A stretch of DNA of 64,000 nt from an uncultured delta proteobacterium (GTDB taxonomy: Bacteria; Myxococcota_A; Polyangia; Haliangiales; Haliangiaceae): the NCBI GenBank assembly GCA_963743525.1, contig CAVUQH010000005.1, positions 1-64,000 of the forward strand, read 5' to 3'. Made by a program: the position numbers and the translations under genes. Numbering within the stretch: position 1 is the stretch's first letter; each line of letters starts with the position of its first letter. The notes under the pieces are model-generated. The model saw only the letters and a list, made by a program, of their open reading frames with translations, had not been told where the DNA came from and did no database searches. Below, piece by piece: positions 43,025 to 58,466 of this stretch.

Positions 43025-44635
43025 GTGACCGGCGATACCGGCGGCCCTACGGGAGAACAAGGCGTCACTCCGATCGGGGCAGACGATCCGGATCTCGAGC
43101 CTGGCCAGCAAGTCGGTGAGTACGTCGTCGAGAAGAAGATCGGCGAGGGTGGTTTCGGCACCGTCTTCAAAGCCGACCACCCGCTGATCGGCAAACAGGT
43201 GGCGATCAAAGTGCTGAGCCGCCAGTACTCGGCACAGGCCGAGATGGTGTCGCGGTTCGTCTCCGAAGCGCGGGCAGTCAACCAGATCCGTCACCGCAAC
43301 ATCATCGACATCTTCTCGTTCGGCCAGCTCGACGACGGTCGCGCCTACTACATCATGGAGTTCCTCGACGGGCTGCCGCTCGACGAGTTCCTCGACCAGC
43401 GCGGCCGCCTGACCATGGGCGAGGCGATCCCGATCCTCCGCGCGGTGGCCCGGGCGCTGGACGCGGCCCACGCCAAAGGGATCGCCCACCGCGACCTGAA
43501 ACCGGAAAACATCTTCCTGGGCCGGGATGACGACGGCAGTCTGTTCCCCAAGCTGCTCGACTTCGGCATTGCCAAGCTGCTCCACGGCGACAACCCGACC
43601 AAGCACAAGACCCGGACCGGCGCGCCAATCGGCACGCCGTACTACATGTCCCCGGAGCAGTGCCGCGGTCGCGAGGTCGATCACCGGACCGACATCTACG
43701 CCTTTGGCGTGATGACCTACCGGATGTTGACCGGTGTCCTGCCGTTCGACGGCGAGGACTACATGGAGATCCTCATGGCGCAGATCCAGAAGCAGGCTGC
43801 GCCGCCGTCGACCTACGTGTCCGATCTTCCGCCCAGCGTCGACGAGGGGATCGCCTGGATGCTGCGCAAGGATCCGGCCGAGCGCCCACCCAACCTGGTC
43901 ACCGCGGTGCGCGCGCTGGAAGACGCAGCCGCGCAAGCCGGCATCCCGGTTCCCGCCGGGCCCGAGCCCAGTGGCGTCTACGCCGCCTCGACCGGCTCGG
44001 TGGTGTCGCAGTTGACGCCGTCGCGGGTCACGCCGCTGCCCCGCGACAGCAGCCTGGGAACGGCGCCGACGATGGCCTCGGACGAGCTCACCGCCGAGGG
44101 GGCGCCGATCGACGAGCGGCCCAACAAGGTGTTGCTCATCGGCGGCTCGCTGCTCGGCGCCGTCGCGGTCGGCACGGTGGTGTTCCTGCTCCTGCACAAG
44201 TCCAAGGTCGAGACGTCCGCGGGCAACACGCAACCGACGCCCGCCGTGGTCGCCCCGCAGCCGCCGGCGCCGCCGCCCCCGCAACCGGCGGTGGTGCCGC
44301 CCGATGCCGCGCCGGCCGAGCCGCCGGCACCGGAGCTGGTGACGATCCATCTGGATGGGGCTCCCGACGGCGCCGAGGTGTTCGTCGCCGGCAAGCTGGT
44401 CGGCCTGGCTCCGGAAATTCAGCTCGAGCGCGGCGATCAGCCGCTGCTGTTGACCCTGCGCGCCGACGGCTATCGGCCGGCGACGAAGAAGGTACGCCCG
44501 GTGGCGGACAAGACCGTCACGGTGAAGATGCGGGCCAAGCGGGGAGGGCACCGCCCGCGCAACGGCAAGGACGGCAAAGACGGCAAGGATGGCCGTGACC
44601 GCCGCAACACGCTCGAGGATCCGTTCGCGAAATAG
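43025..44635 (+). CDS. Membrane Hanks-type Ser/Thr protein kinase with PEGA-like C-terminus
   Basis: GEGGFG, VAIK, HRDLKPEN, DFG, GTPYYMSPEQ; TM and Pro-rich linker; alternative start 42971. Confidence 0.94.
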   Translation: MTGDTGGPTGEQGVTPIGADDPDLEPGQQVGEYVVEKKIGEGGFGTVFKADHPLIGKQVAIKVLSRQYSAQAEMVSRFVSEARAVNQIRHRNIIDIFSFGQLDDGRAYYIMEFLDGLPLDEFLDQRGRLTMGEAIPILRAVARALDAAHAKGIAHRDLKPENIFLGRDDDGSLFPKLLDFGIAKLLHGDNPTKHKTRTGAPIGTPYYMSPEQCRGREVDHRTDIYAFGVMTYRMLTGVLPFDGEDYMEILMAQIQKQAAPPSTYVSDLPPSVDEGIAWMLRKDPAERPPNLVTAVRALEDAAAQAGIPVPAGPEPSGVYAASTGSVVSQLTPSRVTPLPRDSSLGTAPTMASDELTAEGAPIDERPNKVLLIGGSLLGAVAVGTVVFLLLHKSKVETSAGNTQPTPAVVAPQPPAPPPPQPAVVPPDAAPAEPPAPELVTIHLDGAPDGAEVFVAGKLVGLAPEIQLERGDQPLLLTLRADGYRPATKKVRPVADKTVTVKMRAKRGGHRPRNGKDGKDGKDGRDRRNTLEDPFAK

Positions 44636-44661
44636 AACCTAGCTTGGTCGAGGGGGACGAT

Positions 44662-47358
44662 ATGCAAACGCGCCGGCTGACGGCGCCGGGGCTGGCCGTG
44701 GTCGTGACCGCGGCTGCGCTGGCGGCCACGGCATGTACCACGCTGCCCAACGTCGATGCCGAGGGCTGCGGCAACCTGGTAGTCAACGCCAACGAAGATT
44801 GCGACGGCTTCGGTGACCTGGGCGACGGCACCCAGTGTGGCGCGCCCAACACCGACAACGCCTGCTTCTTCATCTGCGACGATCAAGGCGCGGTCTGCCC
44901 CGACGGATGGGGCTGCGGCGCCGACGGTCGCTGCCGCCGCCCGTCGGGCAGCTTCGAGGCGGGGCCCGGGTCGCCCTGGCGCTTCCCCGTCGGTGACTTC
45001 GCGATCGGCGACGTTGACGGCGACGGGTTCCAGGACCTGGTCGGCAACGAAGAGCAGGAGCTCACCGTCCGTTTCGGCTCCGAGACCGGCGAGCTGGCCA
45101 GCGAAGCCGACCTGCTCACCCGCGAGCCGCAGGGCCCGGTGACCTTCGGCCAGTTCGACGAAGACGGCCTGATGGACGTGCTGGTGCCGATCAACGGCGG
45201 CCTGTTCGTCATGCGCGGCGACAGCAGCCGCACCCTGGAGCCGGTCGCCTATTCGCCGATCGAGATCGAGGTGCCACCGGGCGGCGCCAAGCTGTTCCCG
45301 GTCGAGTCCGACGGCGGCGCCAATCTCAACACCGAGATGGTCGTCGTCGCCGGCGGCGGGATGCAGTTCATCGGCTCCACGGTGTCGACGACCACCTTGC
45401 CCAGCGCCTGCGGCGGCAACCCGTGCACGGTCACCGACATCGCCGGCTCCGTGCCGGTCGCCGATGTCAACGGTGATCCAATCCGCTCGGAGTTCGCGCT
45501 CGCCTTTCGCGGCGCCACCAGCGTCTACGTCTACACCAGCACCGGTATTCCCAAGGACAACGATCTCCAGCCGACGCTGCTGGCCGAGGTGCCGCTGGGC
45601 ATCGGGCTCAAGGTCGATCTCGGCGCCTACCTGACCGACGTCGACGGCGACGGCGACGCCGATCTGATGGTGTCGGTGCGCAACGCCACCAACCACCCGA
45701 AGGTCGCCGTGGCCCTCAACCTGGGCGGCGGCAGCTTCGGCACGGCCAACGCCCGGGCCGTGTTCGATCGCGGCACCAGCGGCGACGCCACCTGGCCGAT
45801 CGCCGTCGGCAACCTGGCCGGCGACGACAAGGCCGACTACGTCTTCCCCGACTTCATCGCCATCAGCGACTACGGCATCAACAACCCGCTGGCGGTTCCG
45901 CTGACTCTGACGCCGACGCAGTTCATCACCAACGAGAGCTGGTCCGAGGCGGTGATCGGCGACTTCAACGGCGACGGCGTCAATGACGCGGCGACCACCA
46001 TCGAGGGGCGGGACGGCCTCGACGTGTTCCTCAATGCGCCGACCGTGGACATGCTCGGTCGCCCGGTGGGCACGGGCATCTTCAACAAGTTCCACATCGA
46101 CACTACCGACCCGCCGCGCAACTTGCGCGCCGCCGACTTCGACGGCGACTTCGTCGGCGACATCGCCTTTGCCGAGCTCGGCTTCGGCTCCAAGCCGGAC
46201 GCCGTGTCGGTGGTGTTCGGCAACACCTCGGGTGGACCGACGACGCCCGTACACATGGGCACCATGGGCTTCGTCGAGGTGCTCGAGCCGATCTCCAGCG
46301 TCGTCGGTCTCGAAGGCATCGACGCCATCACCGATCTGTTCGTGCTGTCGTCGTCGTTCCCCGACCGCAGCAGCACGTCGGTGGCGCTGCTCCAGGGCTC
46401 GTCGTCGCGGCGCATGCTGTCGCCGTTCACCCTGCAGCCGGCCGCCAACGTCGATCCGGATGTGCCGCGTTCGGCGTTGTTCGGCCACTTCAGCCCCAAC
46501 GACGACGAGTTCCGCGACATCGTCGCCATCAGCGACGCGGCCCTGGTCTTCGACCAGAACAGCACCGCGGACAAGGTCTCGCACGTGTGGATGGTGCCGG
46601 GGGCCGCGGGCGGTCAGCTCGATGCCTCGGGGGCCGACTTCGTCGAGCTGCCTGCCTACACCGCCTTCGACACCAGCTGCGCGGTATGGGCCAGTGGCGA
46701 CCTCGACGGCGACGGTCGCGACGAGATCGTCGGTATCGACAACTCCAGTCGCTGCTACGGCACCGGCTTCTCGCCGGCGCCACGGATGTCCGTGGTCCAT
46801 GCGGTCGGCGGCGGCACCACGCCGTTCGACACCGTGGTCAGCGACCTGGGCACCGACGCCCGCGCGGTGGTGCGCCTGCAGCTGACCGATCTGGACGGCG
46901 ACGGCGACCTCGATCTGCTGGCGCTGTTCGCCGGCGAGGCGCGCGGCAGCGAGCTCGACCCGACCACCCCGGTGCAGGGCGCCGCGGTCGCCGTGATCTG
47001 GAACAACGACGGCACGCTGTCACCCAGCGCGGTGTTAACGGTGGTCTTCGACAAGGGCCGCCGCTTCTTCGACGTCGCGCCGATCCGGATCGACGACTCG
47101 GGCATTCCGGCGCTGGCGATCCTGGCCACCGGGGGCGTCTTCTCCGCGACCCTGGACCCTGACACCAAGACCTACGGCGCACCGGTGGCGCTGTTCCCGC
47201 AGCAGGGCGAAGGCCAGCTGGAAGTGGGCGACCTCAACGCCGACGGCCTCGACGACATCGCCTTTACCGTCGCCGACGACGTCAACATCATGCTCGCGCA
47301 GCCGGGCGTCAGCCGCGGCGAAGAGATGGCCAGCGGCACCCAGGGAGGAGGCCAGTGA
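44662..47358 (+). CDS. FG-GAP/VCBS repeat lipoprotein with Cys-rich N-terminus
   Basis: Lipobox ATAC; CGNLVV..EDCD; many DxDGDGxxD repeats. Confidence 0.87.
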   Translation: MQTRRLTAPGLAVVVTAAALAATACTTLPNVDAEGCGNLVVNANEDCDGFGDLGDGTQCGAPNTDNACFFICDDQGAVCPDGWGCGADGRCRRPSGSFEAGPGSPWRFPVGDFAIGDVDGDGFQDLVGNEEQELTVRFGSETGELASEADLLTREPQGPVTFGQFDEDGLMDVLVPINGGLFVMRGDSSRTLEPVAYSPIEIEVPPGGAKLFPVESDGGANLNTEMVVVAGGGMQFIGSTVSTTTLPSACGGNPCTVTDIAGSVPVADVNGDPIRSEFALAFRGATSVYVYTSTGIPKDNDLQPTLLAEVPLGIGLKVDLGAYLTDVDGDGDADLMVSVRNATNHPKVAVALNLGGGSFGTANARAVFDRGTSGDATWPIAVGNLAGDDKADYVFPDFIAISDYGINNPLAVPLTLTPTQFITNESWSEAVIGDFNGDGVNDAATTIEGRDGLDVFLNAPTVDMLGRPVGTGIFNKFHIDTTDPPRNLRAADFDGDFVGDIAFAELGFGSKPDAVSVVFGNTSGGPTTPVHMGTMGFVEVLEPISSVVGLEGIDAITDLFVLSSSFPDRSSTSVALLQGSSSRRMLSPFTLQPAANVDPDVPRSALFGHFSPNDDEFRDIVAISDAALVFDQNSTADKVSHVWMVPGAAGGQLDASGADFVELPAYTAFDTSCAVWASGDLDGDGRDEIVGIDNSSRCYGTGFSPAPRMSVVHAVGGGTTPFDTVVSDLGTDARAVVRLQLTDLDGDGDLDLLALFAGEARGSELDPTTPVQGAAVAVIWNNDGTLSPSAVLTVVFDKGRRFFDVAPIRIDDSGIPALAILATGGVFSATLDPDTKTYGAPVALFPQQGEGQLEVGDLNADGLDDIAFTVADDVNIMLAQPGVSRGEEMASGTQGGGQ

Positions 47359-48581
47359 TGCGCAAGCTGGTGTTCGCGATCGTTCTTCTATTGGCCGCGC
47401 CGGCGCTGCCGATGGCGGCCCACGCGCAGAGCGCCAAGGACAAGGCCGCCGCCGAGAAGTTCTTCCGCGCCGGCGAGCGCGCGTACAAGGGCGGCCAGTA
47501 TTTGATGGCCGCGCAGGCGTTCGAGGAGGCGCTCAAGCGCTATCCCGTGCCGGCGATCATCTTCTCCACGGCGCAGGCCTATCGTCTGCAGTACTTCATC
47601 GACAAGGACCCCGGCTGGCTCAAGCGCGCCATCGAGCTGTACCGCCAGTACATCGACAAGGTGGCGCAAGGTGGTCGGCGCGACGATGCCACCGCCAGTC
47701 TGGCCGAGCTCGAGCCGATCCTGTCGCGTATCCAGGCCGAGCAGGCCGGACCGATCAAGACCCGCGAGTTCGAAGCGCAGACGCAGATCCTGGTCAACTC
47801 GCAGGTCGAAGGCGCACGCGCGACCATCGATGGCGACGGCGGCGAGGTGCCGCTGGTGCGCAAGGTGACCCCCGGCTCGCACAAGGTTCGCGTCGAGGCC
47901 AAAGGCTACTTCCCCGTCGAGCAGAGCGTCGCCGCGGTCGAAGGGCGCCTGCTGCCGATCGAGGTCGAGCTGAAGCCGATGCCGGCCAAGGTGAAGGTGC
48001 GTACCGAAAACGGTGCGCGGGTGTCGATCGACGGGCGCGCCTACGCGGGAGCGCTGTCGGGGCCGATATCGGTCGCCGCCGGAAAGCACTTCGTCAGTGT
48101 CAGCCGCAGCGGACGCCACGGCTGGGGTCGGGAGATCACGGTCAACCGCGGGCAAGAGGTCGACCTCGACGCGCACCTCGAGACCACGACCCAGCGCAAG
48201 GCGTCGTGGTGGGTGATGGGCGCGGCCGGCGCGGTCTACATCGCCGCCGGCGTCACCGGGGTGCAGGCGTTGCTGGCCAACAGCGATGCGTCGGATCTGA
48301 ACGACAAGCGGCAGAGCCAGGGCATCACGCCGGCGGAGCTGGTTCACTATCAAGATCTGCGCGCGCGACGCGACGCGCGCCTGCGCGACACCTACGTGCT
48401 CGCCGGTATCGGCAGCGCCATCGCGGTCACCGGCGTGCTGATGTACCTGTTCGACGAGCCGCAGGGCGAGATGCCGCCGATGTCGTCGGCCGGTGGAGCC
48501 CCCGCGGCCAAGACGGGCGTGTCCCTCAGCCCCGTGGTTGGCGGCACATTGTCCGGGCTGGTCCTGTCCGGTCAGTTCTGA
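47358..48581 (+). CDS. TPR + PEGA domain protein
   Basis: Signal peptide, TPR-like helices, two PEGA-like repeats, hydrophobic C-terminal segments ending in F. Confidence 0.82.
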   Translation: MRKLVFAIVLLLAAPALPMAAHAQSAKDKAAAEKFFRAGERAYKGGQYLMAAQAFEEALKRYPVPAIIFSTAQAYRLQYFIDKDPGWLKRAIELYRQYIDKVAQGGRRDDATASLAELEPILSRIQAEQAGPIKTREFEAQTQILVNSQVEGARATIDGDGGEVPLVRKVTPGSHKVRVEAKGYFPVEQSVAAVEGRLLPIEVELKPMPAKVKVRTENGARVSIDGRAYAGALSGPISVAAGKHFVSVSRSGRHGWGREITVNRGQEVDLDAHLETTTQRKASWWVMGAAGAVYIAAGVTGVQALLANSDASDLNDKRQSQGITPAELVHYQDLRARRDARLRDTYVLAGIGSAIAVTGVLMYLFDEPQGEMPPMSSAGGAPAAKTGVSLSPVVGGTLSGLVLSGQF

Positions 48582-48616
48582 GCTAGCTCGGATCTGGACG
48601 GTCCGGCCTATGGCCG

Positions 48617-49036
48617 GTGGGGTGGTTCGGCGCTATGCTGCGGCAAATGGCCATCAAGGCGCAGGGGCAGGCCGTCCCACTGACGATGCAGTTCGATAAG
48701 TTCTGGCAGTGGCTGCAGGCGCACTGCAACTGCATCCTCAGGGCCGGGACCCCGGACGTGGTGCTGTTCGACCACGACGATTTCCACTGGCACCTGGCCA
48801 GCGAGGACGAGTTCACGCAGCTCCTGCAGCTGGTTCGGGGCAAGGAGCTGGTCGGCGAGATCGTGGTTTTGTCCAGTGAAATCGCATATGTACAGTGCAA
48901 CCCACCGGAACACGACGAGTGGGTGTTCGAGTGCATCGTCGAGTCGGCCAACGCCCGGGAAGCCGCCTATCACTTCGTGATGGCTCACGAGTTCGACGGC
49001 GACGACGGCAACCCGACCCGCCGCTGGACCCACTGA
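48617..49036 (+). CDS. Hypothetical protein (true start probably 48635 or 48647)
   Basis: Codon usage matches host genes; globular composition. Confidence 0.65.
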   Translation: MGWFGAMLRQMAIKAQGQAVPLTMQFDKFWQWLQAHCNCILRAGTPDVVLFDHDDFHWHLASEDEFTQLLQLVRGKELVGEIVVLSSEIAYVQCNPPEHDEWVFECIVESANAREAAYHFVMAHEFDGDDGNPTRRWTH

Positions 49037-49084
49037 ATCAGGGCGCCGATCGAGGCCCTCCCGGAGACAGTCGGGCGTTTGGCC

Positions 49085-49112
49085 TTGACAGTCCCGTGCA
49101 TATCCCTAGAAT
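49085..49112 (+). promoter_or_regulatory. Sigma70 promoter of the str operon
   Basis: TTGACA-16 bp-TAGAAT about 50 bp before rpsL. Confidence 0.75.
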
Positions 49113-49161
49113 GGCGCGGTTCTACGAGCCGAACCTTTAGTGATTTCGAACCGGTAGCAGA

Positions 49162-49533
<372 letters not shown>

Positions 49534-49545
49534 GGAGCCGACGCA

Positions 49546-50034
49546 ATGCCACGCAAGGGTGAAGTCCCCAAGCGCAAGCCGCTTCCGGATCCGAAGTTTA
49601 CCGACGCGCCCGACGAGACGCGCAAACGGATCACCAAGTTCATCAACGTCGTCATGCACGACGGCAAGAAGAGCACCGCCGAGCGCATCGTCTACGCCGC
49701 GCTCGACCTGGTCGCCGAGCGCGCCAAGGACGATCCTCTCAAGGTCTGGGAAAAGGCGCTGACCAACGTCCGCCCGCGGGTCGAGGTCAAGTCGCGCCGC
49801 GTCGGTGGCTCGAACTACCAGGTTCCGGTCGACGTCCGCCCCGAGCGGTCGCTGGCGCTGGGCATGCGCTGGCTGGTCAGCTACGCCCGCTCGCGCGGCG
49901 AGAAGACCATGGTCGACAAGCTGTGCAACGAGATCATCGACGCCTCGCAGAACCGCGGCTCCGCGGTCAAGAAGCGCGAAGACGTGCACAAGATGGCCGA
50001 GGCCAACAAGGCCTTCGCCCACTACCGCTGGTAA
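49546..50034 (+). CDS. rpsG: 30S ribosomal protein S7
   Basis: [25 protein letters not shown]. Confidence 0.99.
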   Translation: MPRKGEVPKRKPLPDPKFTDAPDETRKRITKFINVVMHDGKKSTAERIVYAALDLVAERAKDDPLKVWEKALTNVRPRVEVKSRRVGGSNYQVPVDVRPERSLALGMRWLVSYARSRGEKTMVDKLCNEIIDASQNRGSAVKKREDVHKMAEANKAFAHYRW

Positions 50035-50302
50035 GCGGACCCGAATCGAAGTCACGGAGGTCGGAGAACAGGTAGTCGGACACCCAACGAGCTCGACAGG
50101 CGGCCGCACCCGACGGTGCCCGAACCAGCGAGCTCAGTGAGAAGCGGCCGCCACCACGACGGCGTGTTGGACCCCGCTTCCCCGAAGAGGTCCGTTCCTC
50201 TTCGCTGAGCTCGTTCTCCCTCCGTTCGCACATCGTCGTCGCCTGCCTGGGCTCGGGGCCCCGAACTCGCCTGAGTTCGATCGAACCCGAGAGAGCTCTT
50301 AC

Positions 50303-52390
<2,088 letters not shown>

Positions 52391-52444
52391 CGGCTCACCC
52401 CCCCGCCCGGTTCGACGATCGACCGCAATCAAGGAGCTTTCGAG

Positions 52445-53641
<1,197 letters not shown>

Positions 53642-53650
53642 GAAAGACAA

Positions 53651-53956
<306 letters not shown>

Positions 53957-53967
53957 GGTCTCTCGTC

Positions 53968-54600
53968 ATGCAACTCGAAGTCAAGAACATCTCCGGCAAG
54001 AAGGCCGGGGACATCGAGCTCGACGACGCGGTCTTTGGGGCCGAGGTCCACGAGCATCTGCTGTGGGAGACGGTCAAGTGGCAGCTCGCCAAGCGGCGGG
54101 CCGGCACTGCTGCGACCAAGCTCCGCGGCTACGTCATCGGCGGACACGCCAAGCCGTTCAAGCAGAAGGGCACCGGCCGCGCTCGCCAGGGCTCGACCAA
54201 GTCGGCTCAGCACGTCGGCGGCGGCGTCATCTTTGGCCCGCAGCCGCGCAGCTACGACTATCCGCTGCCCAAGAAGGCGCGCAAGAAGGCGCTCCGCGCG
54301 GCACTGTCGCTCCGGGTCAAGGAGAACAAGCTCATCGTCCTGGACGCGTTCCCGGTCGAGGGTGGCAAGACCCGCAGCGTGACCGCCGCGCTCGAGAGCC
54401 TGGGCGTGGCCCAGCCGAGCACCAAGGTGCTGATCGTCGATTCCCAGGAGAACGGCGAGCTGGTCCGCGGCGTGCGCAACCTGCGCTCGTCCAAGTGGCT
54501 GGCGCCCGAGGGGCTCAACGTCTACGACGTGCTCAACCACGAGGCCCTGGTCATCACCTCGGCCATGGCCAAGCAGGTCGAGGACGCGCTGCGCCCGTAG
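53968..54600 (+). CDS. rplD: 50S ribosomal protein L4
   Basis: [23 protein letters not shown]. Confidence 0.97.
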   Translation: MQLEVKNISGKKAGDIELDDAVFGAEVHEHLLWETVKWQLAKRRAGTAATKLRGYVIGGHAKPFKQKGTGRARQGSTKSAQHVGGGVIFGPQPRSYDYPLPKKARKKALRAALSLRVKENKLIVLDAFPVEGGKTRSVTAALESLGVAQPSTKVLIVDSQENGELVRGVRNLRSSKWLAPEGLNVYDVLNHEALVITSAMAKQVEDALRP

Positions 54601-54610
54601 GAGCCTAACC

Positions 54611-54955
54611 ATGCGAGCACCACAGAACATCATCAAGCGCCCGCTGCTCACCGAGAAGAGCACCCGCCTGCGCGAGACCGGCGGCGGCCAGGAGTACTGG
54701 GCGGACACCGAAGCCGAGGACGGCGGCGGTGTGGCGCAGAAGATCGTCTTCGAGGTCGCCACGGATGCCAACAAGATCGAGATCCGCAACGCGGTCCAGG
54801 TCCTGTTCAACGTCCACGTGACCGACGTCCACACTCTAGTCGTTCGCGGCAAGGAGAAGCGGGTGGGCCGCTTCACCGGCCGCCGGCCGACGACCAAGAA
54901 GGCGGTGGTGACGCTCAAGCCGGGCGACACCATCGAGTTCTTCGAGGGAGTCTGA
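54611..54955 (+). CDS. rplW: 50S ribosomal protein L23 (with insertion)
   Basis: [21 protein letters not shown]. Confidence 0.95.
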   Translation: MRAPQNIIKRPLLTEKSTRLRETGGGQEYWADTEAEDGGGVAQKIVFEVATDANKIEIRNAVQVLFNVHVTDVHTLVVRGKEKRVGRFTGRRPTTKKAVVTLKPGDTIEFFEGV

Positions 54956-54959
54956 TCCC

Positions 54960-55787
54960 ATGGCGATTCGCAAGTACAGACCAACGTCCGCAGGTCGGCG
55001 CGGCATGTCCAGCCAGGACTTCTCGCCGGTCACCAAGTCGAAGCCCGAGAAGGGCCTGCTCGAGAAGAAGAGCTCGAGCGGCGGCCGCAACAACTACGGC
55101 CGCACCACCTCGCGCTTTCGCGGCGGCGGCCACAAGCGGCGCTACCGCAAGATCGACTTCAAGCGCAACAAGAAGGGCGTGCCGGCCACGGTCAAGGCGG
55201 TCGAGTACGATCCCAACCGCTCGGCGCACATCGCGTTGCTCAGCTACGCCGACGGCGACAAGGCCTACATCCTGGCTCCCCAGGGGCTGAATGTCGGCGA
55301 CCAGGTGATCTCGGCCAAGTCGGCCGACATCAAGCCCGGTAACTGCCTGCCGCTGCGCAACATGCCGACCGGCACCAACATCCACTGCGTCGAGCTCAAG
55401 ATCGGCGCCGGTGGCCAGCTCGGCCGCTCGGCGGGCGTCAGCATCACGCTGATGGCCAAGGACGGCAACTGGGCGACCCTGCGCATGCCCTCGGGCGAGA
55501 TGCGCAAGGTCCACATCGACTGCCACGCCACCGTGGGCGTCGTCGGCAACTCGGACCACTCGAACGTGGACTGGGGCAAGGCCGGCCGCACTCGGTGGAA
55601 GGGTCGCCGCCCGCACGTTCGCGGCGTGGCCATGAACCCGGTCGATCACCCGATGGGTGGTGGCGAGGGCCGGTCGTCGGGCGGGCGCCATCCGTGCACC
55701 CCCTGGGGCCAGCCGACCAAGGGCTACCGCACCCGCAACAACAAGTTGACGGACAAGCTCATCGTCCGCCGCCGCGGCAAGAAGTAG
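54960..55787 (+). CDS. rplB: 50S ribosomal protein L2
   Basis: [25 protein letters not shown]. Confidence 0.99.
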   Translation: MAIRKYRPTSAGRRGMSSQDFSPVTKSKPEKGLLEKKSSSGGRNNYGRTTSRFRGGGHKRRYRKIDFKRNKKGVPATVKAVEYDPNRSAHIALLSYADGDKAYILAPQGLNVGDQVISAKSADIKPGNCLPLRNMPTGTNIHCVELKIGAGGQLGRSAGVSITLMAKDGNWATLRMPSGEMRKVHIDCHATVGVVGNSDHSNVDWGKAGRTRWKGRRPHVRGVAMNPVDHPMGGGEGRSSGGRHPCTPWGQPTKGYRTRNNKLTDKLIVRRRGKK

Positions 55788-55804
55788 CCGGAAGGAGCGA
55801 GACC

Positions 55805-56074
55805 GTGCCCCGCAGCATCAAGAAAGGCCCGTTCATCGACGACCACCTCATGAAGAAGGTGACGTCGGCGCAGACGCAGACCAAGAAGCCGGTCATCAAG
55901 ACCTGGTCGCGGCGCTCGACGATCCTTCCGGAGATGGTCGGCCTGACCTTCGCGGTCCACAACGGCAAGAAGTTCATCCCGGTGTTCATCACCGAGAACA
56001 TGGTCGGTCACAAGCTCGGTGAGTTCTCGCCGACCCGCACCTTCCACGGCCACTCGGGCGACCGGAAGTCCTAG
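55805..56074 (+). CDS. rpsS: 30S ribosomal protein S19
   Basis: GTG start after [26 protein letters not shown]. Confidence 0.98.
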   Translation: MPRSIKKGPFIDDHLMKKVTSAQTQTKKPVIKTWSRRSTILPEMVGLTFAVHNGKKFIPVFITENMVGHKLGEFSPTRTFHGHSGDRKS

Positions 56075-56085
56075 GGATAAGCGCC

Positions 56086-56427
56086 ATGCAAGCGAGAGCA
56101 ATCGTCAGAGATATCTCTATGAGCCCGCGCAAGATGCGGGTGGTGGCGAACCTCGTCCGCGGCGAGCGCGTCGAGACCGCGCTGGCATCGCTGAAGTTCA
56201 TGCCCAAGAAGGCCGCGTACTTCATCGCCAAGGCGGTCGAGTCGGCGGCGGCCAACGCCGAGGACAAGTCGGGTGGCGAAGTCGACATGGAAGAGCTGCG
56301 CATCGCGCTCATCACGGTCGACGGCGGCCCCATCATCAAGCGGTGGATGCCGCGCGCCATGGGCCGCGCCAACCGCGTCAACCACCGCACCAGCCACCTG
56401 ACGGTGGTCGTCAGCGACGAGGACTAG
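56086..56427 (+). CDS. rplV: 50S ribosomal protein L22
   Basis: SPRKMR, PRAMGRA, TSHLTV. Confidence 0.97.
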   Translation: MQARAIVRDISMSPRKMRVVANLVRGERVETALASLKFMPKKAAYFIAKAVESAAANAEDKSGGEVDMEELRIALITVDGGPIIKRWMPRAMGRANRVNHRTSHLTVVVSDED

Positions 56428-56431
56428 AGCA

Positions 56432-57097
<666 letters not shown>

Positions 57098-57103
57098 CCA
57101 GTC

Positions 57104-57520
57104 ATGTTGCAGCCCAAACGAACGAAGTACCGCAAGCAGATGAAGGGCCGCATGCGCGGCCACGCCAAGGGCGGCAACGAGGTCTCCTTCGGCGACTTCG
57201 GCCTGCAGGCGCTCGCGCCCGGCTACATCACCGCGCGGCAGATCGAGGCGGCTCGTGTCGCCATCACCCGCTCGGTGAAGAAGGTCGGCAAGGTCTACAT
57301 CCGCATCTTCCCGGACAAGCCGATCACCAAGAAGCCCGCCGAAACCCGCATGGGTAAGGGCAAGGGCGGCAACGAGGGCTTCGTTGCCGTGATCAAGCCC
57401 GGCCGGGTGATGTTCGAGCTCGAGGGCGTGCCCGAGGAGCTCGCCCGCAAGGCGTTCCTCAACGCCCACCACAAGCTGCCGCTGAAGACGCAGATGATCT
57501 CCCGGGAGTCGGCGCTATGA
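57104..57520 (+). CDS. rplP: 50S ribosomal protein L16
   Basis: [18 protein letters not shown]. Confidence 0.98.
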   Translation: MLQPKRTKYRKQMKGRMRGHAKGGNEVSFGDFGLQALAPGYITARQIEAARVAITRSVKKVGKVYIRIFPDKPITKKPAETRMGKGKGGNEGFVAVIKPGRVMFELEGVPEELARKAFLNAHHKLPLKTQMISRESAL

Positions 57521-57774
57521 GCAAGTCGAAAACCGAACTCGAGCGGATCCGCGACCTGCCCGACGAAGAGCTCACCCAGGCGCTCGACCGCGCCCGTGAC
57601 GAGCTGTTCCGTCTGCGGCTCGGACTGCACACCAACCAGGTCGAGAACCCGATCGCGGTGCGCGCCAAGCGGCGCGAGATCGCCCGGATCCAGACCATCA
57701 TGAAGGCTCGCAAGCTCGGTTTCGAGCAGCAGGCTCAGGGGTCGGCGGCGGCTGCCGACCGAGTCGCCGAATAG
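57517..57774 (+). CDS. rpmC: 50S ribosomal protein L29
   Basis: [15 protein letters not shown]; synteny. Confidence 0.93.
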   Translation: MSKSKTELERIRDLPDEELTQALDRARDELFRLRLGLHTNQVENPIAVRAKRREIARIQTIMKARKLGFEQQAQGSAAAADRVAE

Positions 57775-57798
57775 TGAGAGCGAAAGGAAGCGTGAGTC

Positions 57799-58101
57799 GT
57801 GTCCGATAACGCCACCCAGAACGCCGAAGCTGCGAACGAGCGCGGTACCCGCCGCACGATCGCCGGCATCGTGACGTCCGACAAGATGGACAAGACCGTG
57901 GTGGTCACGGTGACGCGTCGCGTGCGCGACCGCCGGTTCCACAAGTTCGTGACCCGCCGCCTGAAGTACAAGGCCCACGACGAGGGCAACACCTGCGAGC
58001 TCGGTGACTCGGTCGAGCTCGTCGAGGCGCGCCCCTACTCGAAGACCAAGCGCTGGCGCGTGTCCCGCATCCTCGAGAAGGGCAGGGAGAAGCTGTCATG
58101 A
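57799..58101 (+). CDS. rpsQ: 30S ribosomal protein S17
   Basis: [23 protein letters not shown]. Confidence 0.97.
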   Translation: MSDNATQNAEAANERGTRRTIAGIVTSDKMDKTVVVTVTRRVRDRRFHKFVTRRLKYKAHDEGNTCELGDSVELVEARPYSKTKRWRVSRILEKGREKLS

Positions 58102-58466
58102 TCCAGATGTCCACGGTCTTGGACGTCGCCGACAACAGCGGCGCCAAGAAGGTCTACTGCATCAAGGTGCTCGGTGGGTCCAAGCGCCGGTATGCCGCGG
58201 TCGGCGACATCATCGTGGTGTCGATCCGCGAGGCCATCCCCAACTCCAAGGTCAAGAAGGGTGACGTCCACCGGGCGGTGGTCGTGCGGACTGCCAAGCA
58301 GGTCGCGCGCCCCGACGGCAGCCTCATCCGCTTCGACGGCAACTCCGCCGTCCTCATCAACAAAGAGAACGAGCCGATCGGAACCCGCATCTTTGGGCCC
58401 GTGGCCCGTGAGCTGCGCGCCAAGCGGTTCATGAAGATCGTCTCGCTCGCTCCGGAGGTGCTGTGA
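58098..58466 (+). CDS. rplN: 50S ribosomal protein L14
   Basis: [22 protein letters not shown]. Confidence 0.99.
   Translation: MIQMSTVLDVADNSGAKKVYCIKVLGGSKRRYAAVGDIIVVSIREAIPNSKVKKGDVHRAVVVRTAKQVARPDGSLIRFDGNSAVLINKENEPIGTRIFGPVARELRAKRFMKIVSLAPEVL

Noticed and set aside
44563..44598. 9-bp repeat (GKD)n in the kinase tail
   Set aside because: An ordinary low-complexity linker.
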